Shown here: in pieces, positions 60,428 through 64,000 of the stretch
How the letters are laid out: the number at the start of each line of letters is the position of its first letter
Numbering within the stretch: the stretch's first letter is position 1
NCBI RefSeq assembly: GCF_016432865.1
Contig: NC_067402.1
Span: 219,542,001 to 219,606,000, forward strand
DNA from: Antechinus flavipes
Taxonomy: Eukaryota
DNA length: 64,000 bases
Direction of reading: 5' to 3'
Notes under the pieces: model-generated
What the model was told of the DNA's origin: nothing
What the model saw: the letters and a program-made list of their open reading frames with translations, nothing else
Database searches by the model: none
Made by a program: the position numbers and the translations under genes

Positions 60428-62349
60428 CTGGAGGATGATGGGATAAAAGGGGAAGGGGTCAGAAGGGGACTCTTTAGCCCAGCCCAGCCTAATTTCCTCA
60501 AGTAGGGAAGAAAGGTGAAGATAGAACTAAAGAGAGAAATTTTTGTACTTTTGGATGGTCAATTAATACCATACAAATAAGATGTAAACATACACAAAGG
60601 AAAAATAAAAAAAGAGCTCTTTTCTCCCTAGCATGTTCCAATTTGATGCTGGCTTTCAACAGCATACCTCACCCATTTCCTCTCTATCTTGGTGAGTTTT
60701 TGTGCAACTGGGAAGTTATGGTATGGGGGAAGGGTGGGTTAATTGAGGGTAGGAAGAGGGAGTGGGGTGGGGGGATGCTGGGAAAATTTAGCAGTAAGAA
60801 AACATCTGGCAGTGATTGGGAGCCCTGGGGATCAGAGAAAGAAGCTGAGTTGGGCCTGATGGAGATGGAAAGCCCAACCCCTCCCTGAATTGGGGGTGGG
60901 ATGGGGGAGCACCCCCCACCCCAGGAACGCTAGGTCAAGAGGAGGCACCCTGAGGGACTCATTTCCTCCTCCCCCTTTCCCCATCCTGTATGTGAGGACA
61001 CACAGTTTTTCTCTTCCCCTGTGAAGCACCCATCCCAAAAGAGGAGATGTGCAGAGAGGCAGGGAATCTGTCTCCTGCTGGGCTAACTTGGGCTGCTGCT
61101 TCTCTCTACCCCAGGGTAGTAAGGACTGCAGACCGCACATCGAGTTCCCACTTCCCCACTGCCAGCACCCTTCTGGGCCTCCAAGGGTGGAATCTGCGGG
61201 GGCTGAAGGAGTCAGGGGATCAGGGAGGATGGGAGAGTGGGCAGGACACCTGACCAGGGCTAGGACAGACTGCGTCTTTGTTCTCTCTTCCGGGGAGTGA
61301 GAGGGGCTGTGGGCAGCCACACAAAACCCTTTCAAATCCAGCTCTAGTTAAACTGCCCTGTGCATAGGGAAGTGGGGCAGCTGCCTCCCTCCCCACCCGT
61401 GGTGAGGGGGGGATGGCAGAGGGGGGAAAGCTAGTTGAGCCTTACAATCTATGGGTACTAGCAGCCCAGAAGGCGCCAATGTAGGAGGAAAAAAAAATTG
61501 GGGCAGACAGCTCCTGTTCTTTGGGAGACAGCTGAGCCACAGCTGGGGTGGGGGAGGCTGGAGGAGCAGAAAGACAGGTCAAGAAGCAAGGAGTGCTCCC
61601 CCTCACTTCCTTCCAAAGCAGGGCCTCCAGATTAACGATTCAAACTGGAAGAAACTTCTGATACCCCCCCCATTCTCAATCTGTTTCAACCTCTCAAACT
61701 AAGTACCACTTACTTGTCTTTTTCCCCAGAGGCCTTCCCATCCCCCAATCAATGCTCTCTCCACTTAAGGGAAATGAGCTAATTTGAGCTAAGTGACCCC
61801 AGAGCACAAACGGCTGACATTTGGGTGACTCAGGCCTCACAACCACATCCAAGCTGTTCTAAGCCCCTGCCTTAGGGTAGAAGAGATCACAATATTCTCT
61901 TCTCTACCCAGGGAGAGAATCCTGGCTTTCTGCTTTAGTCAAAAAGGGCTGAAAGTCAGGCCCTGCTCCACGCCAGCCAGGACTCTGTGTGCCACCCTTT
62001 GCCCCCTCTCCACCCCTGCTTCCAACTGGCCATCTTTGAGGAGCATGGAGAGTTAAGGCCCTGGGAGAGAGAAAGGAAAGCAGCAGCCTGGCTCCGGGCC
62101 ACCCCCTGGCACAGGCCTGCTATGTGCTCAGCTGTGCCTGTCATGCTCGCAGCCCGCCAAAAGGTTGGGGAGGGGGAGTTGTGGTAAGGAGAAAGATGTT
62201 GCCTTCCCACTGAAAAGACAGCTGGGCAGGGGAAGGGGAAACAGAAGGTAGGCCGAAGAGACGGGGGCAATCTGGTCCTCAGACTTCATAATGAGGTCTT
62301 GGCTTGGGAAGAAGAGGCAAATGAGAGGGGGCCCAGATGAGGAGCATAC

Positions 62350-62422
62350 CCAACATTGAGGTGGTCCACCAAGGCTTCTGTCAGGCAGGTGGCTGCCGCG
62401 ATGGCTTCTCGCCTTCTTTTCT
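62350..62422 (-). CDS. BLOC1S1: BLOC1S1 exon 2
   Basis: AG/GT flanks, 73 nt: (E)KRRREAIAAATCLTEALVDHLNV(G). Confidence 0.96.
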
Positions 62423-62889
62423 CTGGGAATTGGGAGATCAGAGATTTAGACTTGGGATTCCTCACCCGTCCAATTCTCTCCATTATGATGATTATTTTGG
62501 ATGAGGGAGTCGAGGCACGGAGATGTAGTATGTGATTTCTGGAAGGGCACCCCGCCAGGAAGTGGCAGAGATGTGCGGCTCTCAAACATGGCCCCCAATA
62601 TTCCAAACCCAAGGTTCTTGCCACAAAGGAAGAGTTTTGGGAGAGGACATTTTGGTTAGGGTAGGTTTAGGGTCCCCTCCTAATTCAAGTAATGGTGATG
62701 ACAACGACCACCCGCGACGACTCTCATTTACGTGGTGTTTTAAGATATGAAAATAAATTTACATGTTATCTTACTAGATTCTCAAAACTACCCGGGGACA
62801 TTACCCGAGGTTTCATGAGCATAGCAAGTTCTGCGTGAGGAACTGCTTTTTACCAAAGAGGATGTGAGATTTAGTCTGAGTAATACAAC

Positions 62890-63126
62890 AATAGATAACG
62901 TTTATATTGAATTTGTTATGTGCCAGGCCCTGAGCTGGGCCTTTATCTTTATTAGCTCATTTGGTCCTCCCGATAACCCTGGGAGGCGGGTGCTATCACT
63001 AGGCTCGATAGCAAATTAAGCAGGTTAAGTGGCTTGCTCAGGGTCACACTGCTCCCAAATGTCTGCGGCTAAATTTGAACTCAGCTTTTCCTGACTAGCC
63101 CCCGTAGCCTAGTCCGTGGCTGCCCC
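62890..63126 (-). mobile_element. MIR/Mar1-like SINE in BLOC1S1 intron 1
   Basis: ggttaagtggcttgctcagggtcacac...atttgaactcag...gctgcccc core. Confidence 0.6.
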
Positions 63127-63599
63127 CGGCTTCGAGAGGGGTCTAGACTGAGCAACTAGAGAGTGACGTGCCCAGGGAAGGAGCGGACTTGAACCAGATC
63201 TTTCTGCCTCCAAATCCTTCGCTCTATCTACCACGCTGCATTTACTTAGCGCCCGGCACAGCGCCAAGAGCAGGGGATTCAATTACAACCGAGCTCCTTC
63301 AGTTTCCCAGGGGTCGGGGAATCCTGGGCATGGTCTCGAGGAGCGATTTCCTCCCCCGCAGTTCCCGCGCCCCTCTCCCAAGCCCCTCCCACCCCGGGGG
63401 CGCCTTCGCCCAGGGCCAATGGGAGGCGCTCTCCTCCACCAAGGGCGGGGCCAGGTTGGGAGGCGGGAGTAGGGGAGGACGTCGCCAAGGGGACTGGAGC
63501 GGGGGCTGCGAGCCCCGAGCGTCCAGCCTACCCGGGGGCTCAGTGGCCTAGCCGCAGGCCTTCGGAGAGAGCGGCGCGTGGGCCGGGCCTCGGGCTCAC

Positions 63600-63660
63600 C
63601 CTGCAGCTCCTTGCGCTCGTTCTGCTTCGCTTGGTGCTCCTTTAGCAGGCGGGACAGCAT
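63600..63660 (-). CDS. BLOC1S1: BLOC1S1 (BLOS1/GCN5L1) exon 1
   Basis: ctggccATG at 63660, MLSRLLKEHQAKQNERKELQ, donor GTgagc at 63599. The spliced CDS is 378 nt (125 aa plus stop). Confidence 0.96.
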
Positions 63661-63730
63661 GGCCAGGCCGGGGTCGGGGCTGGCCGAGCTCTCTCCAGCT
63701 TCGGCGGCGATGGCCTCGGCCTCTGCGGCA

Positions 63731-63800
63731 TCCGCGTCACGTGCTCTAACGTCACGCGGAGGCTCTGGGCCCGCCCCCCTTCTGGAAGGGCGGGGTTGGG
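63731..63800. promoter_or_regulatory. BLOC1S1: BLOC1S1 promoter: CLEAR-type E-box GTCACGTG and GC box in a CpG island (about 63300-63860)
   Basis: GTCACGTG at 63736-63743, a second GTCACG at 63751-63756, and GGGCGGGG near 63788. Confidence 0.7.
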
Positions 63801-64000
63801 TTATTGGGGTGGAGAGAAAGAGGCGGGGCGAGGGACTGCGGAGTGTGGAGGTGACTGGGGAGCGAGACTTCCCAGAGTAACTTTAGTGGTCCCTTTCTAC
63901 TTAACTAGACATCTCCAGTGGAATGCCCAGGGCTTCCCCATCATATCTCAGCTAATGTCCCCCCTTCTGCAAGAAGCCTTTGCGGTCCTCCTTAATGTGC

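Noticed and set aside
60832-61335. 167-aa minus-strand ORF in BLOC1S1 intron 2
   Set aside because: No family resemblance or convincing codon pattern; likely a chance ORF in GC-rich intron.
1-64000. CRISPR arrays, rRNA, tRNA, snRNA genes, retrogenes, endogenous viral ORFs or an intact transposase/RT
   Set aside because: None recognised. All long similarity-supported coding segments are explained by the five known genes, and TE fragments are short and non-coding.

Overview
Eukaryotic genomic DNA, very likely from an Australian dasyurid marsupial. The inference rests on WSINE1-type SINEs and an OC1-type hAT MITE; the species cannot be fixed from sequence alone. The window is the conserved mammalian block SARNP(+, last two coding exons only) >< GDF11(-, 3 exons, 390 aa) <> CD63(+, 7 coding exons, 238 aa) >< RDH5(-, 4 coding exons, 318 aa) < BLOC1S1(-, 4 exons, 125 aa). 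I spliced all exons by hand at GT-AG junctions, and every reading frame is intact. Introns and intergenic DNA carry SINE, L1, L2 and hAT-MITE fragments. I found no new protein-coding system, tRNA, rRNA or CRISPR array. The points worth following up are regulatory or structural: an IRE1/RIDD stem-loop and an exact 27-bp tandem duplication of the poly(A) signal in BLOC1S1; altered tetraspanin signature residues and a 71-bp intronic direct repeat in CD63; no poly-alanine tract and a myostatin-like MEIS/NF-Y/CRE/TATA promoter module in GDF11; possible overlapping convergent 3' ends; a probably horizontally acquired OC1 MITE; and inverted-repeat scars. Comparisons with human proteins and repeat consensus sequences are from memory and need confirmation by alignment.
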